From Gammaproteobacteria bacterium (GTDB lineage Bacteria > Pseudomonadota > Gammaproteobacteria > Steroidobacterales > JACDCP01): a stretch of 62,988 bases of DNA. Location of the stretch: assembly GCA_050740235.1 (NCBI GenBank), contig JBOIDB010000068.1, positions 1 through 62,988 of the forward strand, read 5' to 3'. How positions within the stretch are numbered: position 1 is the stretch's first letter; each line of letters begins with the position of its first letter. Shown in pieces: positions 9,000 to 20,468 of this stretch. A program made the translations under genes and the position numbers. Below the pieces are notes generated by a model that ran no database searches, was not told the origin of the DNA, and saw nothing but the letters and a program-made list of their open reading frames with translations.

Positions 9000-9962
9000 T
9001 TACCTTTCAGCCCACAAAGAGCTGATCGCGGCGATGCCCTGAGCGCCGGCGCCCCAGGCCTGCGGGAGATCGGCGGAGCGCATGCCGCCGATTGCATAAA
9101 CGGGCATGCGCACCGGCTCGACAAGGGCGGCGAAACGCGGCCAGCCGATCGGGGCGGCATCCGGGTGACTCGCCGTCGGGTTGACCGGACCCAGCACGGC
9201 GAAATCGGCGCCGGCGCGCCCGGCCTGCGCGAGCTCCTCCGCATCGTGACAGGACACACCGATCAAACCTGGCCGGGAGCCGCGCATGCCGCGTAATGCG
9301 CCGAGGTAGCGCGCCGGCACTTGGATGCCGGCGGCGCCGATTTCCCCGGCGAGATCCGCCATGCCCTGAGGCGCGCCGTTCAGCAGCAGGCGCGCGCCGG
9401 CGGCGCGGCAGCGCGCGAGACAGTCGGCCGCCAGCTCGCGAAATGCCATTCGCCCCTCGCCACTGCCCTCTTCCGGCACGCGCAGCTGCACGAGCTCGAT
9501 CCCGTGTCCGAGCGCGGCATCGAGCCTCGCGACGAACGCGCGACGGTCATCGAACGGCGGTCCGGTCACCAGATAGCGGTCGGGCAGCGTGATCGCCGTC
9601 ACGATCGGACGGTCCGCCTCGAGCAGGTCGAGCGCCGGCAACTCGGCCGGCTCGACCCACGCCAGTTCCTGGCCTTGCCGGCCGGACGGCTCACCGGAGA
9701 AGCGCTCGACGCGCCAGATATCGAGTGTGACGGAGAGCGATGTGTAATCGTGGCCGAAGCGGATCAGCGGTCGCGCGCGATCGACGGCGATGCCGAGCTC
9801 CTCGTCGAGCTCGCGCCGCAGTCCGGCGATGCGCGCCTCGCCCCGTTCGAGCTTGCCGCCCGGAAATTCCCATTTGCCGGCCATCGGCTTGCCCGGCAGG
9901 CGACGGCAGATGAGAACCCGGTCCGTGGAGTCGGTGAGGATGCCGGCGACGACGTACAGCAT
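9000..9962 (-). CDS. mutT: Nudix hydrolase (MutT-like) fused to a C-terminal thiamine-phosphate-synthase-like domain
   Basis: 320 aa; Nudix box WEFPGGKLERGE...LRRELDEELG; C-terminal SCHD..EL, GPVNPTASHP, YAIGG; downstream of secA. Confidence 0.9.
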   Translation of the reverse strand: MLYVVAGILTDSTDRVLICRRLPGKPMAGKWEFPGGKLERGEARIAGLRRELDEELGIAVDRARPLIRFGHDYTSLSVTLDIWRVERFSGEPSGRQGQELAWVEPAELPALDLLEADRPIVTAITLPDRYLVTGPPFDDRRAFVARLDAALGHGIELVQLRVPEEGSGEGRMAFRELAADCLARCRAAGARLLLNGAPQGMADLAGEIGAAGIQVPARYLGALRGMRGSRPGLIGVSCHDAEELAQAGRAGADFAVLGPVNPTASHPDAAPIGWPRFAALVEPVRMPVYAIGGMRSADLPQAWGAGAQGIAAISSLWAER

Positions 9963-10005
9963 GACGGGACCGGCGCGGCCGCGCCTCAGGCCTCGCCGGC
10001 GGCCG

Positions 10006-12729
<2,724 letters not shown>

Positions 12730-12837
12730 GAAATACGGTTCCTCACAGCGATTTCGTCTCGCTGCGCGATGGGTAAAAACGCTTATTGTACGGGCTCGGC
12801 GAGCCGGGAAGGAAATGGGGGTCGGAAGCCTGATTTT

Positions 12838-13764
12838 CTAGTTGGCTTCCTTGATGTACTTCAAGGGGTTCACTTTCTTGCCGTTGTGCAGGACTTCGAA
12901 GTGGAGGTTCGGCCCCGTTGCGCGGCCGGTCGAGCCCATGAGCGCGATCGGCTGCCCAGGCTGGACCCGATCGCCGACGGCCACCAGATTGGCCGAGTTG
13001 TGCGCGTAACGTGTCACGTATCCGTTGCCGTGGTTGACTTCCACCATATTTCCGTAGCCGTACCGGTCGCGCGACCACGTGACTACGCCCGCGGCGACTG
13101 CGATCACCTGCGCGCCGGCCCGTCCGGCGAAGTCCAGCCCGCTGTGTCGCGCCGGCCGGCCGGTGAACGGGTCGATGCGCGAGCCGAAATAGGAGGATAT
13201 CCAGCCGGAATCGACCGGACGGCCTTTCGGCTCCGCCTGCTTGCTCAGGCTGCGGTTCAGCAGAAAATTCTCGAGCACGCCGAGCTGGCGTTCCCGATCG
13301 GCCACGCGCGCGGCGAGCGAATCGAGCGTGGCGGTCAATTCCGGCAGATCCACCGACGGTGCGTCGTAGAGCGCCTCCGGGCCGCCCTGGGCGGGCGGGT
13401 TGGAAAAATCGAACTCGCCATCTTCGAGATCCGCCATTGTCGTGAGGCGCGCGCCGAGCGCGTTCAGGCGGATGATCTGCGCATTGAGCTGGCCGAGACG
13501 CGTGGCGAGCGCGTCGATGTTGTCCTGCGTGTGCCGCCGCGCGTCGTCGATGTCCTCGCGCTGCGCATGCAGCTCGTCGGTCCAGGCGGAAATGCGCTGG
13601 TCGGGGGCGGTGCCCGCGCGCTGCGCGGCGGCAAAGTAACCGCCTGCAAAGCTGGCCGTCAGGAATGCGAGGAGGATGCCTGCCGCGGAAACGATGAATG
13701 CAGGCCGGCGGAGATCGAGCTGCCGAACCCGGGCGTGACGTCGGTCGAATACGATTACATTCAT
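12838..13764 (-). CDS. M23 family metallopeptidase with N-terminal TM/coiled-coil region
   Basis: 308 aa; HSGLD, TRYAH, TGPNLHFE motifs; lpxC-dciA-M23-secA context. Confidence 0.93.
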   Translation of the reverse strand: MNVIVFDRRHARVRQLDLRRPAFIVSAAGILLAFLTASFAGGYFAAAQRAGTAPDQRISAWTDELHAQREDIDDARRHTQDNIDALATRLGQLNAQIIRLNALGARLTTMADLEDGEFDFSNPPAQGGPEALYDAPSVDLPELTATLDSLAARVADRERQLGVLENFLLNRSLSKQAEPKGRPVDSGWISSYFGSRIDPFTGRPARHSGLDFAGRAGAQVIAVAAGVVTWSRDRYGYGNMVEVNHGNGYVTRYAHNSANLVAVGDRVQPGQPIALMGSTGRATGPNLHFEVLHNGKKVNPLKYIKEAN

Positions 13765-13903
13765 GACTCTCGGGACTTACACTTCCGCCGGGGTGCCCTC
13801 AGCCAATATGCCGAAGAATCCGCAGAGAGACAATCGGCGTCCGTGGAATCTGTGAGTCAGTGCACAATACACGTTGATACATTATGCAATATGCAAGCCA
13901 ATC

Positions 13904-14206
13904 ATGAGCCGTCCGCGCAAGCTGTTTGACATAATCAGCGAGCGTGGCAGCGCGCTCGGCGAGCTCGCGCGGCGCGCCGCCGACATGGATCGTCTCGGCC
14001 GAACCGTTGCGTCGTTGCTGCCCGATCCCGTGGGATCTCACGTTACATCGGCAAGCCTGCACGACGATGTGCTGGTGGTCATCACCGACTCACCGGCGTG
14101 GGCCTCGCGCGTGCGTTTCGAGGGCAACAGCCTGCTCGAGGGCATTCGCGCCGCAGGTGCGGATGCGCAAAAGCTCGTCGTCAAGGTGCGGGGGGGACAT
14201 TCCTGA
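13904..14206 (+). CDS. dciA: DciA/DUF721 family protein
   Basis: ~100 aa; VLVVITDSPAWASRVRF motif; opposite strand between lpxC and M23, the usual position of this family. Confidence 0.75.
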   Translation: MSRPRKLFDIISERGSALGELARRAADMDRLGRTVASLLPDPVGSHVTSASLHDDVLVVITDSPAWASRVRFEGNSLLEGIRAAGADAQKLVVKVRGGHS

Positions 14207-14245
14207 TTCTGCGCACGCAAAATCAAGAATGTCCCCCGTGACTCG

Positions 14246-15157
14246 TCAACGCGCTGCTACCGGCGCGGCGTAGGCGATCGGCGCGGCCGACACGTCCTCG
14301 AACGTCACCTCTTCCCAGGCATCGGCAGTTGCCAGCAGCTTACGCAACAGCGCGTTGTTCAGGCCGTGGCCGGACTTGTAACCGGTGAACTCGCCGATGA
14401 GGCAGCGCCCCAGCAGGTAGAGATCTCCGATGGCGTCGAGGATCTTGTGCTTGACGAACTCGTCCTCGTAACGCAAGCCGTCCTCGTTGAGCACGCGGTA
14501 ATCGTCGAGCACGATCGCGTTGTCCATGTTGCCGCCGAGCGTCAGGTTCCTCGCGCGCAGCGCCTCGATATCGCGCATGAAGCCGAACGTGCGCGCCCGG
14601 CTCACTTCCTTGAGGAAGCTCGTCGCCGAGAAGTTCATCGTCGCCGTCTGCGAGTGCTTGCGGAACACCGGATGGTCGAAGTCGATGCGGAAGTTGATCC
14701 GGTAGCCGTTGTGCGGATCGAAGCGCGCCCACTTGTCGCCGTCCTCGACCTCGATGCGCTTCAGGATGCGGGCAAATCGCTTAGGCGCGTTCTGCATCTC
14801 GATGCCGGCCGACTGCACGAGGAACACGAACGGCCCCGCACTGCCGTCCATGATCGGCACCTCGGGCGCGCTCAGGTCGACGAACGCATTGTCGATTCCC
14901 AGCCCCGCGAAAGCGGCGAGCAGGTGCTCGACCGTCGAGACGCGAGCGTCGCCGCGCACGAGCGTCGTGCCGAGCATCGTGTCACCGACATTCTCCGCCG
15001 TCGCCGGGATGTCGACCGGCTCGTCGAGATCGACACGCCGGAAGATCACGCCCGTGTTGACGGGCGCCGGGCGCAGGGTCATGAACACCTTTTCGCCGGT
15101 GTGCAGTCCCACGCCTGTGGCGCGAATGCTGTTCTTGAGCGTGCTTTGTCGCAACAT
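14246..15157 (-). CDS. lpxC: UDP-3-O-acyl-GlcNAc deacetylase LpxC
   Basis: [39 protein letters not shown]; start could be 15157, 15160 or 15163. Confidence 0.98.
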   Translation of the reverse strand: MLRQSTLKNSIRATGVGLHTGEKVFMTLRPAPVNTGVIFRRVDLDEPVDIPATAENVGDTMLGTTLVRGDARVSTVEHLLAAFAGLGIDNAFVDLSAPEVPIMDGSAGPFVFLVQSAGIEMQNAPKRFARILKRIEVEDGDKWARFDPHNGYRINFRIDFDHPVFRKHSQTATMNFSATSFLKEVSRARTFGFMRDIEALRARNLTLGGNMDNAIVLDDYRVLNEDGLRYEDEFVKHKILDAIGDLYLLGRCLIGEFTGYKSGHGLNNALLRKLLATADAWEEVTFEDVSAAPIAYAAPVAAR

Positions 15158-15188
15158 CACCATTTCCGCCCGTTTTCAGGGCATGCAA

Positions 15189-15374
15189 GCCTGCCTACGC
15201 TAGCATAGGCAGGCGGTTCCTCCAACCACCTGCCGCTCGAATCAGTCCGGTCCACCGGACTGATTTGCGATACAGGGATGTATCGCCATTTTCGAGTTCC
15301 TCTCGAAAATGGAGCGAATCGGAGATCGCATCTTCGATTCGCTCGTCAAAAAAGGCATGGATGGCTTTTTTGAC
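15189..15374. ncRNA. Candidate structured RNA: array of back-to-back hairpins with GGA-containing loops (strand undetermined)
   Basis: IRs at 15189-15214, 15208-15234, 15240-15265, 15267-15286, 15286-15312, 15312-15344 and 15345-15374 (see findings); structure is directly visible, function inferred. Confidence 0.55.
15345..15374. terminator. Possible bidirectional terminator-like hairpin just after ftsZ
   Basis: GTCAAAAAAG...CTTTTTTGAC about 10 nt after the ftsZ stop; A6/T6 flanks but a weak GC core. Confidence 0.4.
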
Positions 15375-15383
15375 CATAAACAA

Positions 15384-16526
15384 TCAGTCAGCCTGGCGCC
15401 GCAGAAAGGCCGGAATGTCCAGCAAATCCTCGCCGGAGCTGCGATGCGTCACACCATCGCCGACTGCTCTCCGCTGTATGGTCGGCTTGTCCAACATAGC
15501 GTAATTCGGCTCTCCGCCCGGCGCGCGCTTGACGACCCTCATCGGCGCCTGCTGACGCGGCGAGGATGCCGAGCGGCCGAGGCCCGTCGCGACGACGGTC
15601 ACGCGGATCTGATTGCTCATCTCCGGATCGATGACCGTGCCCACCACGACGGTGGCATCGTCCGACGCAAACTCCTTGACCGTGCTGCCGACCTCCTCGA
15701 ATTCGCCGATCGACAGGTCCATGCCGGCCGTGACATTGACCAGGATGCCGTGCGCACCGGCCAGGTTGATGTCCTCGAGCAGCGGGCTCGATACCGCCGC
15801 CTCGGCCGCCTCGCGCGCGCGATCCTCGCCCGACGCCGAGCCCGAGCCCATCATCGCCATGCCCATTTCGGACATCACGGTCTTGACGTCCGCGAAGTCC
15901 ACGTTGATGAGTCCAGGCCGTGTGATCAATTCCGCTATGCCTTGGACAGCGCCCTGCAGCACCTGGTTCGCCGCGCGGAATGCATCGAGCAGCGTCGTTT
16001 CGCCGCCGAGCACGGTGAGCAGCTTCTGGTTCGGGATCGTGATCAGCGAATCGACGTATTTGCCGAGCTCGCCGATGCCCTGCTGCGCGACGGCCGTGCG
16101 CTTCGCGCCTTCCATGTCGAACGGCTTGGTTACGACCGCGACGGTGAGGATGCCCAGCTCCTTTGCGACCTGCGCGACGATCGGCGCCGCGCCCGTCCCG
16201 GTGCCGCCGCCCATGCCGGCGGTGATGAACAGCATGTCCGTGCCTTCGATGACCTCGTGGATGCGGTCGCGGTCTTCCATCGCAGCCTGGCGGCCGATGT
16301 CCGGATCGGCGCCGGCGCCGAGCCCCTTGGTAATGTTGCAGCCGAGTTGCAGCGCGGTTTTTACGCGCGCGCTCTTCAGCGCCTGCGCGTCGGTATTCGC
16401 GCAGATGAATTCGACCCCCTCGATGCCGGCATGCACCATGTGCGAGACGGCGTTGCCGCCGCCGCCGCCGACCCCGAGCACCTTGATCACAGCGTTCTGG
16501 CTGTGCCCATCCATCAGTTCGAACAT
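15384..16526 (-). CDS. ftsZ: Cell division protein FtsZ
   Basis: 380 aa from ATG 16526 (RBS GGAGA); GVGGGGGNAV, GGGTGTG tubulin signature, NVDFADV, C-terminal DIPAFLRRQAD. Confidence 0.99.
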   Translation of the reverse strand: MFELMDGHSQNAVIKVLGVGGGGGNAVSHMVHAGIEGVEFICANTDAQALKSARVKTALQLGCNITKGLGAGADPDIGRQAAMEDRDRIHEVIEGTDMLFITAGMGGGTGTGAAPIVAQVAKELGILTVAVVTKPFDMEGAKRTAVAQQGIGELGKYVDSLITIPNQKLLTVLGGETTLLDAFRAANQVLQGAVQGIAELITRPGLINVDFADVKTVMSEMGMAMMGSGSASGEDRAREAAEAAVSSPLLEDINLAGAHGILVNVTAGMDLSIGEFEEVGSTVKEFASDDATVVVGTVIDPEMSNQIRVTVVATGLGRSASSPRQQAPMRVVKRAPGGEPNYAMLDKPTIQRRAVGDGVTHRSSGEDLLDIPAFLRRQAD

Positions 16527-16576
16527 TTCAATGTCTCCTTGCGATTGGCGAGCTCTCGATCCAAAAAACGGTCGAT

Positions 16577-17806
16577 TCAGAAATTCCCCTGGAACCAGGC
16601 CTTCATGCGTTCCCAGACGTCGCGCAGGCTGCCGCTGAAGGCGTGATCGCGCGTGCGCCGGGATAAACTCTCCTGCCCGTACAGCAGCAAGCCGACGCCG
16701 GTGGCGTGAATCGGATTGCGCACCACGTCGACGAGCCCGTTGACGTGCTGCGGCATGCCGAGCCGCACGGGCATGTGAAAAATCTCCTCGGCCAGCTCGA
16801 CGGCACCTTCCATCTTCGAGCTGCCGCCGGTGATGACGACGCCGGCGGCGACCAGCTCCTCGAACCCCGAGCGCCTGAGCTCGTCGCGGATCAGCGTGAA
16901 CAGCTCCTCGTAGCGCGGCTCGACGACCTCGGCGAGGGTCTGGCGCGCGAGGCGGCGCGGCGGGCGGTCGCCCACGCTCGGCACCTCGATGGTCTCGTCG
17001 GCATTGGCGAGCTGCGACAGCGCGCAGGCGTACTTGATCTTGATCTCTTCCGCGTAATGCGTCGGCGTGCGCATCGATACGGCGATATCGTTGGTCACCT
17101 GGTCGCCCGCGATCGGGATCACCGCCGTGTGCTGGATCGCGCCGCCGGCGAACACCGCGATGTCGGTCGTGCCGCCGCCGATGTCGACCAGGCAGACGCC
17201 GAGCTCCTTCTCGTCGTCGGTCAGCACGGAGTAGGCCGAGGCGAGCTGCTCGAGCACGATGTCCTCGACGGTCAGCCCGCAGCGCTGCACGCACTTGACG
17301 ATGTTCTGCGCCGCGCTCTCGGCGCCGGTGACCATGTGCACCTTCGCTTCGAGGCGCACGCCCGACATGCCGATCGGCTCGCGGATACCTTCCTGGTGAT
17401 CGATGATGAATTCCTGCGGCAGGATGTGCAGGATCTTCTGGTCGGCCGGAATGGCGACCGCTTTCGCGGCGTCGATCACGCGGTCGACGTCGTTCGGCGT
17501 GACCTCCTTGTCGCGGATCGCCACGATGCCGTGCGAGTTGAGGCTCCGCACGTGGCTGCCGGCGATGCCGGTGAACACCGCATGGATCTCGCAGCCGGCC
17601 ATGAGCTCGGCCTCCTCGATCGCGCGCTGAATGGACTGCACGGTCGACTCGATATTGACCACGACGCCCTTCTTGAGGCCGCGCGACGGATGGCCGCCGA
17701 TGCCGATCACTTCCAGCCGTCCGGCCTCGGTGATCTCGCCGACGATGGCGCAGACTTTCGATGTGCCGATGTCCAGGCCCACGATAAGGTTCCGATCTCT
17801 AGACAT
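16577..17806 (-). CDS. ftsA: Cell division protein FtsA
   Basis: 409 aa; GLDIGTSKV, DIGGGTTD, ITGGSS, HATGVGLL. Confidence 0.99.
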   Translation of the reverse strand: MSRDRNLIVGLDIGTSKVCAIVGEITEAGRLEVIGIGGHPSRGLKKGVVVNIESTVQSIQRAIEEAELMAGCEIHAVFTGIAGSHVRSLNSHGIVAIRDKEVTPNDVDRVIDAAKAVAIPADQKILHILPQEFIIDHQEGIREPIGMSGVRLEAKVHMVTGAESAAQNIVKCVQRCGLTVEDIVLEQLASAYSVLTDDEKELGVCLVDIGGGTTDIAVFAGGAIQHTAVIPIAGDQVTNDIAVSMRTPTHYAEEIKIKYACALSQLANADETIEVPSVGDRPPRRLARQTLAEVVEPRYEELFTLIRDELRRSGFEELVAAGVVITGGSSKMEGAVELAEEIFHMPVRLGMPQHVNGLVDVVRNPIHATGVGLLLYGQESLSRRTRDHAFSGSLRDVWERMKAWFQGNF

Positions 17807-18590
17807 TGGGCTCCGCCTGTTTCGGGCGGGAGCGCTCGGCGTCCGCGTTCATTGCGCGATGCCAGCCGACTGCGAAGCCGTTGCTGTAGCGCATGTCCAC
17901 ATAGGAGATCTCGCGCGGCCGGCTGGCGATGAGCAGCGTGACCACCGCCACCAGACGGTCGACACGGTCGTCGATCTCGTGACGGCCGAGGTGCACTTCG
18001 ACGCCGTTGGTCATCTCCAGGCTCCAGGCACCACGCTCATCGACGCTGAGCGAGGCCACCCCCATGCCATGCCGCAGCAGACGCTGGTGGATGTCGCGAT
18101 AGCGCTTCGCCACCTCTATCTCCATGCCTTGCGGTCCGTCGAGCTGCGGCAGCTCGGCGGGCACGTGCCGCGCCTCGGGAATGAACAGCTCGCCGCGGGT
18201 GTTCAGCAGGCCCGATTCACCCCAGCGCGCCGCGGCAACCTGCTCGGTCAGGGTGATGTGCAGCGCGCCCGGCCAGCGCCGCTCGATCTGCACCCGATCC
18301 ACCCATGGAATCGCGGCGATCCGCTGCCGCATCCCCTCGAGGTCGACGCTCAGGAAACCGGCCGGCAGCTCGCCCGCCGCCGCCGCCTCGATGCGGTCCG
18401 CGAGGACCCGCTCGAAGGGCGCCTCGATCTCGATCGCGCGGATCGGCCGATCGAGCAGATGCAGCGCCGGATACGCGGAGGCGACGAGGCCGGCCAGCAG
18501 CGCTCCGGACAACAGCGGCGCGCGCCAGTCGATGCGGCGCCAGCGCGGTTTCGCGCGCGCGCGCCGTTTCTGTATCCGGTTACGTGCCAT
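17799..18590 (-). CDS. ftsQ: Cell division protein FtsQ
   Basis: 263 aa; N-terminal TM, POTRA-like IPWVDRVQIERRWP, YVDMRYSNGFAVGW; between ddl and ftsA. Confidence 0.93.
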   Translation of the reverse strand: MARNRIQKRRARAKPRWRRIDWRAPLLSGALLAGLVASAYPALHLLDRPIRAIEIEAPFERVLADRIEAAAAGELPAGFLSVDLEGMRQRIAAIPWVDRVQIERRWPGALHITLTEQVAAARWGESGLLNTRGELFIPEARHVPAELPQLDGPQGMEIEVAKRYRDIHQRLLRHGMGVASLSVDERGAWSLEMTNGVEVHLGRHEIDDRVDRLVAVVTLLIASRPREISYVDMRYSNGFAVGWHRAMNADAERSRPKQAEPNV

Positions 18591-19572
18591 TGCGGCGCTC
18601 TTCCAGGCTTCCCGAAACCGTGCCGCCGCGCTCGTCGCGCGCGTAGCTCGTCTCGAGGATCTGCCAGCAAAGCTCGTCGAAATCGATGCCCGCCTCCCTG
18701 GCCGCCATGGGCACCAGGCTGTGGCCGGTCATGCCCGGCACGGTGTTCACTTCGAGCACGAGCGGCCGGCCTTCGCCGTCGACGAGGAAATCGACGCGGC
18801 CCCAGCCGCTCGCGCCGACCAGCCGGAACGCCTCCAGCGACAGCGCCGCATAGCGTCGCTCGGTGGTCGCCGGCAGGCCGCTGGGGCAGAAATAGCGCGT
18901 TGTGTCGGTGAAATACTTGGCTTCATAGTCGTAGAACGTATTCGGCGTCTCGATGCGGATCAGCGGCAGCACGCGGTCGTGCAGGATGGACGCGGTGTAT
19001 TCCCCGCCCGTGATCCAGGTTTCGGCGAGCACGCAGTCGTCGAGTCCCGCCGCCATCTGCCAGGCGGCGGGAAGCTCGTCGGCGCGCTCGACCTTGGTCA
19101 TGCCGACGCTCGAGCCTTCGTGCGCGGGCTTGACGATCATCGGCAGACCGAGCGCCTCGAGCGCCGCCTGAAAATCGTTCGGCCCGCGCAGATGCCAGAA
19201 ACGCGGCGTGCCGATGCCGGCCGCGCTGAAGAGCTGCTTGGTGCGCAGCTTGTCCATGCCGAGCGCGCAGCCCATGACGCCGCTGCCCGTGTACGGCAGA
19301 CCGAGCGTCTCGAGCGCGCCCTGCATGGTGCCGTCCTCGCCGCCGCGGCCGTGGAGCGCGACCCATACGCGATCGAAATCACCGGCGATCAATCGCTCGA
19401 TGACGTCGGCCTGCGCATCGACCGCGTGCGCGTCGACGCCGCGACGCCCCAGCGCTTCCAGCACGGCGTTCCCGGTCATCAGCGAGATCTCGCGCTCGGC
19501 CGAGCGGCCTCCGAGCAGCACCGCGACCTTGCCGAAGGCTTCCGGGTCGCGGATCTGGTGACGCCGGGTCAT
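18580..19572 (-). CDS. ddl: D-alanine--D-alanine ligase
   Basis: KVAVLLGGRSAEREISL, HGRGGEDG, GSSVG, YDYEAKY, LEVNTVPG; ATG 19572 overlaps the murB stop. Confidence 0.97.
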   Translation of the reverse strand: MTRRHQIRDPEAFGKVAVLLGGRSAEREISLMTGNAVLEALGRRGVDAHAVDAQADVIERLIAGDFDRVWVALHGRGGEDGTMQGALETLGLPYTGSGVMGCALGMDKLRTKQLFSAAGIGTPRFWHLRGPNDFQAALEALGLPMIVKPAHEGSSVGMTKVERADELPAAWQMAAGLDDCVLAETWITGGEYTASILHDRVLPLIRIETPNTFYDYEAKYFTDTTRYFCPSGLPATTERRYAALSLEAFRLVGASGWGRVDFLVDGEGRPLVLEVNTVPGMTGHSLVPMAAREAGIDFDELCWQILETSYARDERGGTVSGSLEERRNGT

Positions 19573-20468
19573 GCTGGCTCTCCGACGATGCGCACTTCGG
19601 TCTCGAGCCTGACGCCGTGCTCGCGCTCGACCGTCTCGATGATGTGGCCGATGAGCGCTTCGATCTGCGCCGCGGTCGCCTGTCCGCGATTGATGATGAA
19701 GTTCGCGTGCTTCTCCGACACCACCGCGTCGCCGATGCGATGGCCTTTCAGGCCCGCGCTCTCGATGAGCTCGGCTGCATGCCGGCCCGGCGGATTGCGG
19801 AACACCGACCCGCAATTCAACGAGCCGATCGGCTGCGCCGCCTTGCGTCGCGCGAGCAGATCGCGAATCGCCTCCGGGCTCGCCTGGTCGTCCGCCTCGA
19901 AGCGCAAGCGCGCCGCAAGGAACCATTCGTCCGCGGGCCCTTCGACGGAGCGGTACCCGACGCGGTATTCGCCGAAGCCGCGCGTTCGGACCTCGCCGCT
20001 GCGATCGATGACGTCGACGTCGACGACATGGCGCCAGGTCTCGCCGCCGAATGCGCCCGCGTTCATCGCCAGCGCGCCGCCGACCGTGCCGGGAATGCCG
20101 GCAAAGAATTCCGCCGACCCGAGACCCCAGCGCGCGCAGTGGCGCGCGAGCTTTGCGCAGGCAACGCCGGCTTCCGCGAGCACCGTGTGATCGCCGACCC
20201 GCTCGAGCTTTCGCAGCACGCGGTGGGTCGCGATGACCGTGCCCCTGAAGCCGCCGTCGCGCACCAGCAGATTGCTGCCGAGGCCGATCCACAGCACCGG
20301 CTCGTCACCGGCCAGGCTGCGCAGGAATCCGGCGAGGTCGTCGATGCTCGCGGGGCTGAAGTAAACGTCGGCCGGGCCGCCGACCCGCCACGACGTGTGC
20401 CGCGACATCGGCTCGTTCCCGAGCAGCTTGCCGGCCATCTGCCATTCCGATATCAGCTCGGCGTTCAT
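19569..20468 (-). CDS. murB: UDP-N-acetylenolpyruvoylglucosamine reductase MurB
   Basis: 299 aa; [50 protein letters not shown]. Confidence 0.97.
   Translation of the reverse strand: MNAELISEWQMAGKLLGNEPMSRHTSWRVGGPADVYFSPASIDDLAGFLRSLAGDEPVLWIGLGSNLLVRDGGFRGTVIATHRVLRKLERVGDHTVLAEAGVACAKLARHCARWGLGSAEFFAGIPGTVGGALAMNAGAFGGETWRHVVDVDVIDRSGEVRTRGFGEYRVGYRSVEGPADEWFLAARLRFEADDQASPEAIRDLLARRKAAQPIGSLNCGSVFRNPPGRHAAELIESAGLKGHRIGDAVVSEKHANFIINRGQATAAQIEALIGHIIETVEREHGVRLETEVRIVGEPA

Noticed and set aside
15384-17294. Apparent N-terminal extensions or fusions in the ORF track (ftsZ 636 aa, ddl 570, murC 582, murG 827, ftsW 547, murF 655, ftsI 736, rsmI 949, lptB 369, degS 604)
   Set aside because: The extensions overlap the upstream genes in other frames; canonical starts with RBS or stop/start overlaps exist at the expected positions.
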